64,000 bases of DNA from an uncultured Thermotogaceae bacterium (GTDB lineage Bacteria; Thermotogota; Thermotogae; MWEM01). Position numbers and translations under genes: made by a program. Positions 46,223 to 56,565 of this stretch are shown here, piece after piece. The notes under the pieces are model-generated. The model worked only from the letters and a program-made list of their open reading frames with translations, searched no databases and was not told the origin of the DNA. Numbering within the stretch: position 1 is the stretch's first letter; every line of letters starts with the position of its first letter. The stretch covers positions 278,950-342,949 of the forward strand of contig CAYWWY010000001.1 of NCBI GenBank assembly GCA_964462525.1, given 5' to 3'.

Positions 46223-48754
46223 ATGAAAAAAGGGCTCTTGGTTGGGTTTTTGCTTTTTTTTGCCTGTCTGGCCGTCATATCTTCTGAGCTAGTGGTCCAT
46301 TATCACCGGTATGATCAAGAATACGCTGGATGGAATCTTTGGATTTGGCCGCATGAACCCACCAGCGATCACGGTTCTTCTTACGAATTTGACGATTCTG
46401 ATGATTTTGGTTTCCGCGCTGTGATTCCTTTGCCGGATGAATTGACCAAAGTAGGAATTATCGTTCGATTGAGAGAATGGGAAGCCAAAGATATAGCGGT
46501 GGATCGTTTTGTTCCCATCATGGAAGACACCACCCATATCTGGATTCTCCAAGGAATCGAAGAAATCTTCTTTAGTCCCCCGGATACGACACCCCGTATC
46601 TTTTTTTCCCAAGCAATCAAACATAATCGGATCCAAGCCTTTTTAACCCATCCATTGGATACACGGTCAGCGATAGAGGCGGTCCGAGTAAAACGAAATG
46701 ACATAGATACGCAAATCCGATCAATATCAAAGGTTGACCCAACTGACATCTCACGTACCCCCTGGATTGAGATCGTTTTGGATGAGTCCATTCAGGAAGA
46801 TGCTTTATCCGAAAGTTGGATATTGGATATTGATGGGTTTCACCATGTACCCATCATCATGACAGGTATTCTTGACGATTATTATGTAGACCTACCTTTG
46901 GGGGCTCTTTATCAAAAAAACCAAACAACCTTTCGGGTATGGTCTCCCGTTTCTGTTTGGGTCAACCTTTTGCTATTTGACACAGATGAGCAAGAAGAGC
47001 CAACCCAAAGAATACCAATGATTCGAAAGGAAAACGGGTATTGGGAGCAAACAGTCAATCAAGACTTAGATGGCGCTTTTTACTTGTATGAGTTGCATTC
47101 CTATGGTCAGGTTCGCAAAACAGTTGATCCTTACTCTAAGGCAGTTTCTATCAATGGCGGTAAATCTGTTGTTTTGGATTTATCCAACACGAATCCCGAA
47201 GGATGGGCAGAATACAAAAATCCGTTTCAGAAATCTTACGTGGATGCCATTATTTATGAGACACATGTCGTGGATTTTACAGGTCTTTCCAACTCAGGCG
47301 TCCAGAACGCAGGATTGTACTTAGGTATGGTGGAAGAAAACACAACTGGACCTGGAGGTGTTCGGACTGGGTTGTCTCATTTGATCGAATTGGGCATTAC
47401 TCATCTTCAGATTCTTCCGATTATGGATTTTTACACCAGTGTAGAAGAATCCAAGAATTTTGAACAATACTACAACTGGGGTTATGATCCCTTTCTTTTC
47501 CAAGTACCTGAAGGGTGGTATTCGACTGATCCTCGGGCGCCAGATGCCCGTATCCGAGAAGTCAAGCAAATGGTTCAAGGGTTCCACAATCATGAGATCG
47601 CCGTAATCCTAGATATTGTTTTTCCCCATACATTTGGAGTTGGAGAAGCTTCTCCGTTTGATCAAACTGTCCCTTACTACTTCTATCGTCTTGGGAAAAT
47701 GGGAGATTATCTGAACGAATCAGGATGCGGCAATGTAATCGCTTCAGAACGACCGATGATGCGAAAATTCATTATCGATACAGTTATGCACTGGATTGAT
47801 GAGTATCATGTTAACGGATTCCGATTTGATCAGATGGGTCTAATTGACGTTGATACAATGCTTGCGGTTCAAAAAACTGTTCATGATTACGATCCTCATA
47901 TTCTATTGTATGGTGAACCATGGGGTGGTTTCAATGTGGCTCCAAGATTTGGAAAAGACGAAGTTGGAAACACAAGAGTAGCTGCTTTCAACGACGCATA
48001 TCGGGATGCCATTCGAGGATCGGTTTTTCAAGAAACAGCCAAAGGGTTTCCGATGGGCATTATGGGAAGAGACATCCGCATTCGCCGAGGTTTAGTCGGA
48101 TCGATTTTCTATGACGACCGGATTTTTGAGTTTGCTTCAAATCCGGATGAAACCATTAACTACGCCGCTTGCCATGACAACCATACCCTTTGGGATAAGA
48201 ATTGGTTAGCAGCCAAAGCAGATTCGGTTAATCCTTGGACGGACGATATCATGCGGCAGGTCCAGAAACTCTCTGGCGCTCTCGTGCTTCTCGCCCAAGG
48301 AGTGCCTTTTCTCCATGCCGGTCAAGACTTTTGCCGAACTAAGGACTTTCATGAAAACTCCTATAACGCCCCAATTTCAATAAATGGTTTGGATTACCAA
48401 CGGAAATTCGAATATTTTGATGTATTCGAGTATCACAAGGGGCTCATCTCTCTCCGAAAAGCGCATCCCGCATTTCGCTTGCGAACAGCTGAAGAGATCC
48501 GTACCCATATATATATGCTGGATTCGCCTCCACGTTCTGTAGCCATCATGATTTCTGATTACGCGGGGGGGGATGAGTGGAAAACCATTATTCTTGCTTT
48601 CAACGGAAATCTACGACCAGCTGAGATTCAGCTTCCCGAAGGCGTTTGGAATATAGTTGTGAATGATCAGCAAGCAGGAACCGATATCTTGGGTACTGCT
48701 GAGGGAAGGTTGGTTTTGTTGCCGCATAGTGCTTGGGTCCTATATCAAGACTAG
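46223..48754 (+). CDS. pulA: type I pullulanase (GH13) with N-terminal carbohydrate-binding modules
   Basis: Signal peptide. GH13 regions [17 protein letters not shown] (nucleophile Asp), YGEPWGG (acid/base Glu) and [23 protein letters not shown]. Confidence 0.9.
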   Translation: MKKGLLVGFLLFFACLAVISSELVVHYHRYDQEYAGWNLWIWPHEPTSDHGSSYEFDDSDDFGFRAVIPLPDELTKVGIIVRLREWEAKDIAVDRFVPIMEDTTHIWILQGIEEIFFSPPDTTPRIFFSQAIKHNRIQAFLTHPLDTRSAIEAVRVKRNDIDTQIRSISKVDPTDISRTPWIEIVLDESIQEDALSESWILDIDGFHHVPIIMTGILDDYYVDLPLGALYQKNQTTFRVWSPVSVWVNLLLFDTDEQEEPTQRIPMIRKENGYWEQTVNQDLDGAFYLYELHSYGQVRKTVDPYSKAVSINGGKSVVLDLSNTNPEGWAEYKNPFQKSYVDAIIYETHVVDFTGLSNSGVQNAGLYLGMVEENTTGPGGVRTGLSHLIELGITHLQILPIMDFYTSVEESKNFEQYYNWGYDPFLFQVPEGWYSTDPRAPDARIREVKQMVQGFHNHEIAVILDIVFPHTFGVGEASPFDQTVPYYFYRLGKMGDYLNESGCGNVIASERPMMRKFIIDTVMHWIDEYHVNGFRFDQMGLIDVDTMLAVQKTVHDYDPHILLYGEPWGGFNVAPRFGKDEVGNTRVAAFNDAYRDAIRGSVFQETAKGFPMGIMGRDIRIRRGLVGSIFYDDRIFEFASNPDETINYAACHDNHTLWDKNWLAAKADSVNPWTDDIMRQVQKLSGALVLLAQGVPFLHAGQDFCRTKDFHENSYNAPISINGLDYQRKFEYFDVFEYHKGLISLRKAHPAFRLRTAEEIRTHIYMLDSPPRSVAIMISDYAGGDEWKTIILAFNGNLRPAEIQLPEGVWNIVVNDQQAGTDILGTAEGRLVLLPHSAWVLYQD

Positions 48755-48816
48755 TTTCAACCCGTTTGCATTGTTATTGACTGCATGGTATAATCGCGCA
48801 TACTGGAGGTGAGACC

Positions 48817-49461
48817 ATGAAAATCCAATGGATAGGTCATGCATGTTTTTTCATCGAAGATAGCGGAGTTCGAGTGGTGACTGACCCATTTGATGAGAGT
48901 GTTCATTACAAATTTCCCGAGATCAGCGCAGACATCGTTACTGAAAGCCATCAGCATTTTGATCATAACGCCCATAAGCGATTGAAGAATCAACCAGTCG
49001 TATTCAACGTACCGGGTGTCTTTGATACCCACGGTTTATCGATCAAGGGCGTTCCTACCTTTCATGATGCCGAGATGGGTAAGGAACGGGGGGACAATTG
49101 CATTTTTCGGATTGATTTTCCCAGCAAGATAAGCATACTGCACTTAGGTGATCTAGGACATACCCTCAATTCCTTTCACAAGCAACAGTTAGGAAGCAGT
49201 GATATCATGATGGTTCCTGTAGGAGGCACATACACCATTGACGCGAAAACTGCGAAAGAAGTAGTAGATCTTCTTCAACCTTCGATTGTGATTCCAATGC
49301 ATTTTAAAACCCCATGGATCCAATTTCCCATCCGTCCAGTCGATGACTTTTTGGGTATTCTCAACTGGCCAGTAACCCAAGTAAACGAGCTCGACATAAC
49401 CAAAGATCGTCTTGTAGAATTATCTGGCCAATGCTTTGTCTTTTCCCCAATTGAAGTCTAG
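48817..49461 (+). CDS. MBL-fold metal-dependent hydrolase (UPF0173-like)
   Basis: MKIQWIGHACFFIEDSGVRVVTDPF and ESHQHFDH. 214 aa. SD GGAGGTGA. Confidence 0.85.
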   Translation: MKIQWIGHACFFIEDSGVRVVTDPFDESVHYKFPEISADIVTESHQHFDHNAHKRLKNQPVVFNVPGVFDTHGLSIKGVPTFHDAEMGKERGDNCIFRIDFPSKISILHLGDLGHTLNSFHKQQLGSSDIMMVPVGGTYTIDAKTAKEVVDLLQPSIVIPMHFKTPWIQFPIRPVDDFLGILNWPVTQVNELDITKDRLVELSGQCFVFSPIEV

Positions 49462-49550
49462 TCGATGATAGAAACGTGCAAAAAGCCTCCTTTATTTATG
49501 GTTTTAAAAGAAAAATGCAACTGATCCTTCCTAACCCTGCATGGATGGGG

Positions 49551-49580
49551 TTGACTCTTGATCGAGTCAAAAGGTATAAT
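49551..49580 (+). promoter_or_regulatory. near-consensus promoter with embedded 7-bp inverted repeat (candidate operator) for the Opp/Dpp-type ABC operon
   Basis: TTGACT (49551-49556), an 18-nt spacer and TATAAT (49575-49580). TTGACTC-TTGATC-GAGTCAA (49551-49570) is a perfect inverted repeat covering the -35 box and spacer. Confidence 0.55.
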
Positions 49581-49618
49581 GATAGTACATCTTGAACTCT
49601 ATCAAAAGGAGGTAGATC

Positions 49619-51271
49619 ATGAAAAAGGCACTTATTTTGGCACTAGTTTTGATTCTGGTAACAAGTACTCTTTTCTTTGCGCAAGAAATCAAACGTGGTG
49701 GAATTCTTCGAATGACACCAATGAAGCAAGGTGTATTGATTCAGAATTTCAACCCATTTTCCCCAAATTCCTTGGAAGTAGCTGTTGGATGTTTTTATGA
49801 GACTCTGATTTTCCACAATATGGGTACCGGTCGTTTTGAACCCTGGCTTGGCACAGAATGGCAGTGGTCTGACGATCTATTAGAACTCACGATCAAATTG
49901 AGGGACAATGTCTTTTGGAATGATGGAACGCCCTTTACAGTGGCCGATGTCCTCTTTACCATGGAACTGGGCAAGAAAAACCCTGGACTGAATATTTCGA
50001 CAATCTGGACCCAAGGCCTGACAGACGTAATTGCCCGCACCCACGATTCGGTTACTTTTATTTTCGATCGAGTCAACACAACCCTATTGAACCGAATTAC
50101 AGACATTTTCATCGTGCCTCGACACATCTGGAAAGACGTGGAAGATCCATTAACATGGACAGGGAATATTCATCCTGTTGGTACAGGCGCCTTCATGTTT
50201 GAACCTGGATCCTTTACGGAGATGTCCTTCCGAGTATCCCGAAATCCAAACTACTGGAAAATGGGTGTAGATGGAAAACCTTTGCCTTACATTGACGGCA
50301 TCCATTACATATCAACCACCAATGAGCAAGTTGGCTTTAAACTTGCGCGCGGAGAATACGACTGGGCCGGATACTTTGTAGCGAATATTGACGAAGTATA
50401 CGTGAAAGCCAATCCTGAACATCATAAATACTGGCTCCCAGAAGGAAATCATGTCTATCTGAACCTCAACAATCTCAAAGAACCCTTTGACAATTTCAAT
50501 GTTCGACGCGCCTTCAACTATGCCATTGATCGACCTGAGGTCACAAGAATTATGGCCAGCGGAGCGGTCCCCTCAACTGCCGCCTGGGTAAAAACTCCAT
50601 TCCTTCCATTAGCAGAAAGAGCTTTGCAGGAAGTAGATATCGAATATGATCCCGAATATGCGCGCGATATCCTCGAACAGGAAGGGTATCGGCTAAATTC
50701 GAGAGGAATATACGAGAAAAATGGAAAAGCGCTTTCTTTCGATCTTTACATTCCCACTGGTTGGACCGATTGGATCACAGGCGCGGAAGAAGTTTCACGG
50801 CAGCTTCGAGATATCGGTGTTGAAGCCATTGTAACTCAAGCCGCGTGGCCTTCTCCTTATTTGGACAACTATCTGTATTATGGAAACTATGAAATGTGTT
50901 TTGGTATCTCCGTAACGGGTGCAGGACCATACTTCCAGTTGGAATACATCTCCCATCCAAGAAACTGGGCCCCAATTGGCGAACGGTCGCCTAATTATTA
51001 TGGCATGAGATATCAAAATGAAGAGATCGGTATCTTGTTGGATGAATACACCCGACAAGCCGATGAAGCCAAAAAGGATGCCATTATCGAAGAGGTTCTT
51101 TCTCTCTTCTTGGCTGATCTACCATCAGTACCTATGTTTTTCAATCCTCTTTGGTTCCAATACAATACAACGTACTTCGTAGGTTGGCCCAATGCAGATA
51201 ACCCTTACTGCTTTCCCAGTCCCAACGGGATGCAAAAGATGCCGGTTCTGTTAACGATTCATTCCCGGTAA
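49619..51271 (+). CDS. ABC transporter substrate-binding protein, family 5 (Opp/Dpp/Nik type)
   Basis: 550 aa. Signal peptide MKKALILALVLILVTSTLFFAQE. Family-5 pattern (GGILRM, FHNMG..EPWL, WNDGTPFTVADV). SD AAAGGAGG. Confidence 0.9.
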   Translation: MKKALILALVLILVTSTLFFAQEIKRGGILRMTPMKQGVLIQNFNPFSPNSLEVAVGCFYETLIFHNMGTGRFEPWLGTEWQWSDDLLELTIKLRDNVFWNDGTPFTVADVLFTMELGKKNPGLNISTIWTQGLTDVIARTHDSVTFIFDRVNTTLLNRITDIFIVPRHIWKDVEDPLTWTGNIHPVGTGAFMFEPGSFTEMSFRVSRNPNYWKMGVDGKPLPYIDGIHYISTTNEQVGFKLARGEYDWAGYFVANIDEVYVKANPEHHKYWLPEGNHVYLNLNNLKEPFDNFNVRRAFNYAIDRPEVTRIMASGAVPSTAAWVKTPFLPLAERALQEVDIEYDPEYARDILEQEGYRLNSRGIYEKNGKALSFDLYIPTGWTDWITGAEEVSRQLRDIGVEAIVTQAAWPSPYLDNYLYYGNYEMCFGISVTGAGPYFQLEYISHPRNWAPIGERSPNYYGMRYQNEEIGILLDEYTRQADEAKKDAIIEEVLSLFLADLPSVPMFFNPLWFQYNTTYFVGWPNADNPYCFPSPNGMQKMPVLLTIHSR

Positions 51272-51372
51272 CACTATTCTGATTGGAAAAACTCGACCGT
51301 GGAGCTAAGGATTCATGATCTCTACGGTTGGGTTTTTTTCTGTTCGGATTTCTAGCCACTCAGGAGGTAGTT

Positions 51373-52353
51373 TTGAAATACTTTGCCCGGAAAATTGGCC
51401 TGCTCTTATTCGCTATGTTTGTTGCCATAACGCTGAACTTTTTTATTCCCCGGTTAATGCCTGGTGACCCTGCTCGCGAACTGATCGATCGGATGCCGGG
51501 GATCTCTCCAGAATCCTTGGAATCTATTCGGATCGCCTTCGGGATTGACACCGAAGAACCCGTTATTGTGCAGTATGGGAAATATTTGGTCCAAATCGCT
51601 CGTGGCCAATTGGGTATCTCTCTTTCGAGGTTTCCAACACCGGTATCAGATGTTCTTGCCGTTGCAATTCCCTGGACGCTTGGCTTGATTGGATTGTCGA
51701 CCATCCTAAGTTTCTTTGCCGGTACGATATTGGGAATAACTGTTGCTTGGAACCGAAGCCGAAAATGGGCCACTGCCGTGGTTGGGGTATTCATCTTTAT
51801 CCGATCCTTCCCATATTTCTGGCTTGGCCTTCTGTTTATCTATTTCCTTTCGTTTTTACTGCGGATATTCCCCATTGGAGGAGCTTATGATCCCTTCGGC
51901 TCTCGGCAAGGATGGTCCTTTATTCAATCAGTCCTCTTTCATGGATTTCTTCCTGCGCTCACAATTACCGTCAGCTCGTTGGGCGGATGGATCCTTACGA
52001 TGCGTAATAATATGATCAATGTTCTTGCGGAGGACTATATCACGGTCGCTCTTGCTAAGGGATTGTCTCTGAGAAGGATTAAAACCTTATATGCGGCGAA
52101 AAACGCAATCTTACCTTCAATCACCAGTTTTGCCATGTCTTTGGGATTTGTCGTTGGAGGTGGATTGCTGACAGAAATGGTTTTTGGATACCCAGGCGTT
52201 GGATTAATGCTATATCAAGCGGTGCAGGCAAAAGACTATCCGATGATGCAAGCGATCTTTCTTTTTATCTCTTTAGCTGTATTAATCGCCAATTTTTTCG
52301 CTGATATAGCCATTCTAATTCTTGATCCACGTGTTCGGGATAGTGGTTCGTGA
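51373..52353 (+). CDS. ABC transporter permease (DppB/OppB-like)
   Basis: In-frame TTG 51373 lies 5 nt after AGGAGG and gives the typical N-terminus (M)LKYFARKIGLLLF. EAA-region AKGLSLRRIKTLYAAKNAILP. Confidence 0.9.
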   Translation: MKYFARKIGLLLFAMFVAITLNFFIPRLMPGDPARELIDRMPGISPESLESIRIAFGIDTEEPVIVQYGKYLVQIARGQLGISLSRFPTPVSDVLAVAIPWTLGLIGLSTILSFFAGTILGITVAWNRSRKWATAVVGVFIFIRSFPYFWLGLLFIYFLSFLLRIFPIGGAYDPFGSRQGWSFIQSVLFHGFLPALTITVSSLGGWILTMRNNMINVLAEDYITVALAKGLSLRRIKTLYAAKNAILPSITSFAMSLGFVVGGGLLTEMVFGYPGVGLMLYQAVQAKDYPMMQAIFLFISLAVLIANFFADIAILILDPRVRDSGS

Positions 52354-53330
52354 TGTTTAAAGATTTGTTATCTCTTTTTTTAGGGAACAAAAAGGCTTTT
52401 GCCGGGATTCTCCTTCTTGGTTTCTTTTTGGGAATTGCATTGCTTGCTCCGGTTCTTGCTCCCTTTGATCCAAAAGCGAATCGCATTGAGACAACCATAC
52501 CGATCTCCGATCAAAGGGATCGTATGAGAACCACAGAAAGGCACCGAATCGATGAGCTAACAGAGGTAAGTACCCTTACACAGGTAATTACAACAACATA
52601 TCATCGGACCGTTCGAAGGCTTCCGTTACAGGCAAAACCTAGTTCTGATCATTGGTTAGGGACAACCCACTCCGGTCAGGACATTTTTTCGCAGTTAATA
52701 TGGGGCACACAGGTTACATTAGCTGTGGGTTTGCTAACCGGTCTATTCACCACGATCCTATCTTTGTCTCTCGCATTGGTTGGAGGGTTTTTGGGCGGTA
52801 TCGTCGATGATATTATCTCCCTATTCACAAATGTGTTTTTGGTGATCCCGTCTCTGCCTCTGATGATTGTGATTGCTGCCTATATCTCAGTTCGTGGAAT
52901 GATACCGATCATCCTAATTTTGGGTTTGACCAGCTGGCCCTGGCCAACTAGAGTGCTTCGGTCTCAGGTGATTAGCTTAAAAAACCGGGATTTTGTGAAA
53001 GTTTCCAAATCATTAGGAGAGAAACCTGTATACATCGTCTTTCGAGAAATTCTGCCAAATATGATTTCTCTAGTTATGGCGTCCTTTTTTACATCGACCA
53101 TGGCAGCCATCATCGGAGCGACAACACTCGAATTCATCGGGCTTGGAAACCCTTCTGTGGTGAGTTGGGGAACGATGCTTTACTGGGCTCAGGTGAATAG
53201 TGCGTTGCTTGCCGGATCATGGTGGTGGTTCTTGCCACCGGGCATTTGTATTGCCTTGATCGGAACATCCTTTGCATTAATGAATTTCGCGATCGATGAG
53301 ATTTCTAACCCCAAACTTCGAAAGAGATGA
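52350..53330 (+). CDS. ABC transporter permease (DppC/OppC-like)
   Basis: EAA-region SLGEKPVYIVFREILPNMISLV. 4-nt overlap with the upstream permease. It has an unusually long first periplasmic loop. Confidence 0.9.
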   Translation: MMFKDLLSLFLGNKKAFAGILLLGFFLGIALLAPVLAPFDPKANRIETTIPISDQRDRMRTTERHRIDELTEVSTLTQVITTTYHRTVRRLPLQAKPSSDHWLGTTHSGQDIFSQLIWGTQVTLAVGLLTGLFTTILSLSLALVGGFLGGIVDDIISLFTNVFLVIPSLPLMIVIAAYISVRGMIPIILILGLTSWPWPTRVLRSQVISLKNRDFVKVSKSLGEKPVYIVFREILPNMISLVMASFFTSTMAAIIGATTLEFIGLGNPSVVSWGTMLYWAQVNSALLAGSWWWFLPPGICIALIGTSFALMNFAIDEISNPKLRKR

Positions 53331-53334
53331 TGGT

Positions 53335-54321
53335 ATGAACTCAGAAAATCAAATCGTTCTTGAATGCCAGGATCTCGTTGCCGGATATGAGTTGAAAAGC
53401 GGGTTTGTTCACGCTGTAGATCGGGTCAGCTTTGCTCTGAGAAAAGGAGAGTTTATGGGCATTGCCGGAGAGTCTGGTTGTGGAAAAACCACTCTCGCAT
53501 ACGCTGTGATGAGATTATTCCGGGATAACGCAAAAATCAAGAACGGAAAAATCCTTTTTTTAGGAACGGATATTACTACGCTACCTGAAGAAAAAATAAA
53601 AAAGGTGCGATGGACTCAGATTTCCATGGTTTTTCAATCGGCTATGAACGCGCTGAATCCAGTTCTCACTGTTGGACAGCAACTTACCGATGCTTACTTC
53701 GCCCACAAGACTTCCGGATCGAATCAAGCGAAAAAACGCGCTTTGGAAGTCCTGAAACTAGTTGATATCCCTTCGGATCGATACAATGCCTACCCCCATC
53801 AGCTTTCAGGGGGGATGAAACAGCGGGTAATGATCGCCATGGCGATGATTCTTCAACCTGAGGTCATCATTATGGATGAACCAACAACGGCCTTGGATGT
53901 AGTCGTTCAGAGAACCATTATCGAAAAGATTCAGCAATTGCGCCAAGAGTTTCAGTTTTCGGTCATCTTCATCACGCATGATTTGTCTTTACTTGTGGAA
54001 ATAAGCGACAGGCTTGCCATCATGTACGCCGGGAGGATTGTAGAATCAGGACCTGCGGCCTTTTTGTTTTCCCAACCGCTACATCCCTACACCAAAGGGT
54101 TGATGAGTTCGTTCCCTTCATTAACAGGAGAAATCATCCGCATGGGAGGGATTGAAGGAAAACCGCCCGATCTTCTAAACCCGCCTCAAGGATGTCGATT
54201 CCATCCCCGATGCAAACAGAGTCAAAAGCAATGTTTTCAGAAGGAGCCGGGATTGATGGAGGCGACTCCAGGACATTGGGTTGCTTGTCATTATCCAAAC
54301 AGGAGCGATGCTAATGAGTGA
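53335..54321 (+). CDS. ABC transporter ATP-binding protein (DppD/OppD-like)
   Basis: Walker A GESGCGKTT, signature LSGGMKQRV, Walker B IIIMDEPTTALD and the C-terminal oligopeptide-type extension with GCRFHPRC. Confidence 0.9.
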   Translation: MNSENQIVLECQDLVAGYELKSGFVHAVDRVSFALRKGEFMGIAGESGCGKTTLAYAVMRLFRDNAKIKNGKILFLGTDITTLPEEKIKKVRWTQISMVFQSAMNALNPVLTVGQQLTDAYFAHKTSGSNQAKKRALEVLKLVDIPSDRYNAYPHQLSGGMKQRVMIAMAMILQPEVIIMDEPTTALDVVVQRTIIEKIQQLRQEFQFSVIFITHDLSLLVEISDRLAIMYAGRIVESGPAAFLFSQPLHPYTKGLMSSFPSLTGEIIRMGGIEGKPPDLLNPPQGCRFHPRCKQSQKQCFQKEPGLMEATPGHWVACHYPNRSDANE

Positions 54322-55282
54322 ACCCGTCTTAGATCTCATGGATGTCACCAAACACTTTCCAGTCCACTCGTTCCGTAGGTTTGGAGAAGTTGTCCACGCA
54401 ATGGATCAGATCTCCTTTGCTTTATACAAAGGGGAAATCCTTGCGCTTGTAGGAGAATCCGGCAGCGGAAAAACAACTACAGCAAGTGTAATTGCGCGAT
54501 TGTACCCGCCAACTTCTGGTGTCATCAAAATCGATGGGGAACAAATTGCAAAACGACTGACCCGGAAAGAGCTCCTTCAATATCGCAAACAAGTACAAAT
54601 GATCTTCCAAGATCCTTTTGGCGCATTAAACCCAACACAAACGATCGAACACATTTTGACTCGTCCCTTTATTATCCATCAGATGATTTCGAACAAAAGG
54701 CAATTGATTGAATGTTTGGATGATCTTTTATGCAGTGTTGGTCTTGAACCCCCCAAGCAATTCTTGAAAAAGTTCCCCCATGAGCTATCTGGAGGTCAGC
54801 GCCAAAGAGTCAATATCGCTCGAACTATCTCTGTCAATCCTGAAATCGTATTGGCAGACGAACCAACTTCCATGTTGGATGTCTCTATCCGTATGAGCAT
54901 TATGAATATGATGCTCGCCCTACAGGAAAGCATGAAAGTGAGTTATCTTTATATCACGCATGACCTCGCGGGCGCACGATATATGGCAAACCGGATTGCC
55001 GTTATGTACGCTGGAATGATCATGGAGATTGGGCCTTCTAATGAAATCATCCAGAATGCGTACCATCCTTATACTCAGCTCCTCAAATCCGCTGCGCCTT
55101 CCCCTGAAGAGGGTCTAGGCCGAAAGCGCCTTACAACCAAAGGAGATATCCCTTCACTGATTCATCCTCCAAACGGATGTCGATTCCATCCCCGATGCCC
55201 CTTTTCGCAGGACGTTTGTTCAACAACCATTCTACCGATGAAACAAGTGAACCCAAATCATTATGGACGATGCATCTTATAA
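54314..55282 (+). CDS. ABC transporter ATP-binding protein (DppF/OppF-like)
   Basis: Walker A GESGSGKTT, signature LSGGQRQRV, Walker B IVLADEPTSMLD and C-terminal GCRFHPRCP. 8-nt overlap with the upstream ATPase. Confidence 0.9.
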   Translation: MSEPVLDLMDVTKHFPVHSFRRFGEVVHAMDQISFALYKGEILALVGESGSGKTTTASVIARLYPPTSGVIKIDGEQIAKRLTRKELLQYRKQVQMIFQDPFGALNPTQTIEHILTRPFIIHQMISNKRQLIECLDDLLCSVGLEPPKQFLKKFPHELSGGQRQRVNIARTISVNPEIVLADEPTSMLDVSIRMSIMNMMLALQESMKVSYLYITHDLAGARYMANRIAVMYAGMIMEIGPSNEIIQNAYHPYTQLLKSAAPSPEEGLGRKRLTTKGDIPSLIHPPNGCRFHPRCPFSQDVCSTTILPMKQVNPNHYGRCIL

Positions 55283-55292
55283 ACCGCAGAGT

Positions 55293-56186
55293 ATGACTGG
55301 TAGGGTTCATCAATCTGTTATGGTTGATGAGGTCATTCGATACCTCATTACTGATCCTATGGGGATATATCTTGATTGCACCTTCGGTGAAGGAGGTCAT
55401 TCTCTCCATATTCTTCAACACCTAAATCCGGATCGCGGGAAGGTTATCGGAATCGATAAAGATGTCGAAATCTTGCGGTATGGAGAACAACGGATAAATG
55501 CATACACATCACAGACCCGTTTGTTTAAGGCAAACTATACCGATATGGATTTGGTGCTAAAAGGGCTCGGAATCTCTAAAGTCCATGGAATTCTTTTTGA
55601 CCTGGGCGTTTCCTCCTATCAACTGGATGTAGAGGATCGAGGGTTTTCGTATCGAAACAAAGGTCCTTTGGACATGAGAATGGATACACAAACCAGTAAG
55701 AGCGCAGCTCAAATCCTTAACCAGCTCCCTCAAAAGGAGATCGAAGAGATCCTAAGAACATTTGGAGAAGAACCCTTTGCTCGTTCCATATCTCGGAAAA
55801 TTGTCGAAATGCGGCCTTTGCATTCGACTCTCGATTTGGTCCAATGCGTTCAGAACGCGATACCTCTCCGGGTCCGGAAAAAAATGAAAAAGCATTTTGC
55901 AACAAGGACTTTTCAGGCCATTCGAATATTCTTAAACCGAGAATTGGAGGAGCTTTCAGACGGATTGGAAAAAAGTTTGAAAATCTTGGACAAAGGTGGT
56001 AGAATAGTAGTGATTTCATTTCACTCCCTTGAAGACCGAATTGTAAAGCATTTTTTCCGGGATAACGAAGGACAGGCTCTCAAAATCCTCACACCCAAAC
56101 CGATTCAGCCAGACGAGAACGAAAAAAAGAGGAATCGGAGATCCAGAAGTGCAAAGTTAAGAGCCGCTGAAACATTATCGGATTAG
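55293..56186 (+). CDS. rsmH: 16S rRNA (cytosine1402-N4)-methyltransferase
   Basis: HQSVMVDEVIRYL, SAM motif DCTFGEGGHS and FDLGVSSYQLD. Start ATG 55293 lies just after the upstream stop. Confidence 0.9.
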   Translation: MTGRVHQSVMVDEVIRYLITDPMGIYLDCTFGEGGHSLHILQHLNPDRGKVIGIDKDVEILRYGEQRINAYTSQTRLFKANYTDMDLVLKGLGISKVHGILFDLGVSSYQLDVEDRGFSYRNKGPLDMRMDTQTSKSAAQILNQLPQKEIEEILRTFGEEPFARSISRKIVEMRPLHSTLDLVQCVQNAIPLRVRKKMKKHFATRTFQAIRIFLNRELEELSDGLEKSLKILDKGGRIVVISFHSLEDRIVKHFFRDNEGQALKILTPKPIQPDENEKKRNRRSRSAKLRAAETLSD

Positions 56187-56232
56187 GTCTTCGGGTTTTT
56201 TATCGTATCTTTTCTTTTTTGGGGGGAGCAAC

Positions 56233-56565
56233 ATGGATGAAAAAGAACTGGATCAACTCAAAACCGATGGGTTGGGAACGATCGTACAACCACTCGAGCA
56301 AACGAGGCCCGTTTCCCGCGAACGGTTCGGAGAAATCGTTCAAACTGCTTTCCGTATCGGATTACTCACCATCCTTTTGTTTGGCGCATTCTTCTTCCCG
56401 TTTATGATCGGTATGAAGATTACCCACATGCGAGACGACACATCTCGAATGCAAGTAGAAATGGTCACCCTTGAAAAGAAGATCCAGGAGTATAATCAAA
56501 GAATAGCGATTTATGGGGATAGACTACAAATATCCCAGAACAAATCCGAGAAGGGAAATCAGTGA
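56233..56565 (+). CDS. ftsL: FtsL-like small bitopic cell-division protein
   Basis: 110 aa. One TM helix (IGLLTILLFGAFFFPFMIG) is followed by a short coiled coil. Its position between rsmH and the PBP gene is canonical. The sequence itself is not diagnostic. Confidence 0.5.
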   Translation: MDEKELDQLKTDGLGTIVQPLEQTRPVSRERFGEIVQTAFRIGLLTILLFGAFFFPFMIGMKITHMRDDTSRMQVEMVTLEKKIQEYNQRIAIYGDRLQISQNKSEKGNQ

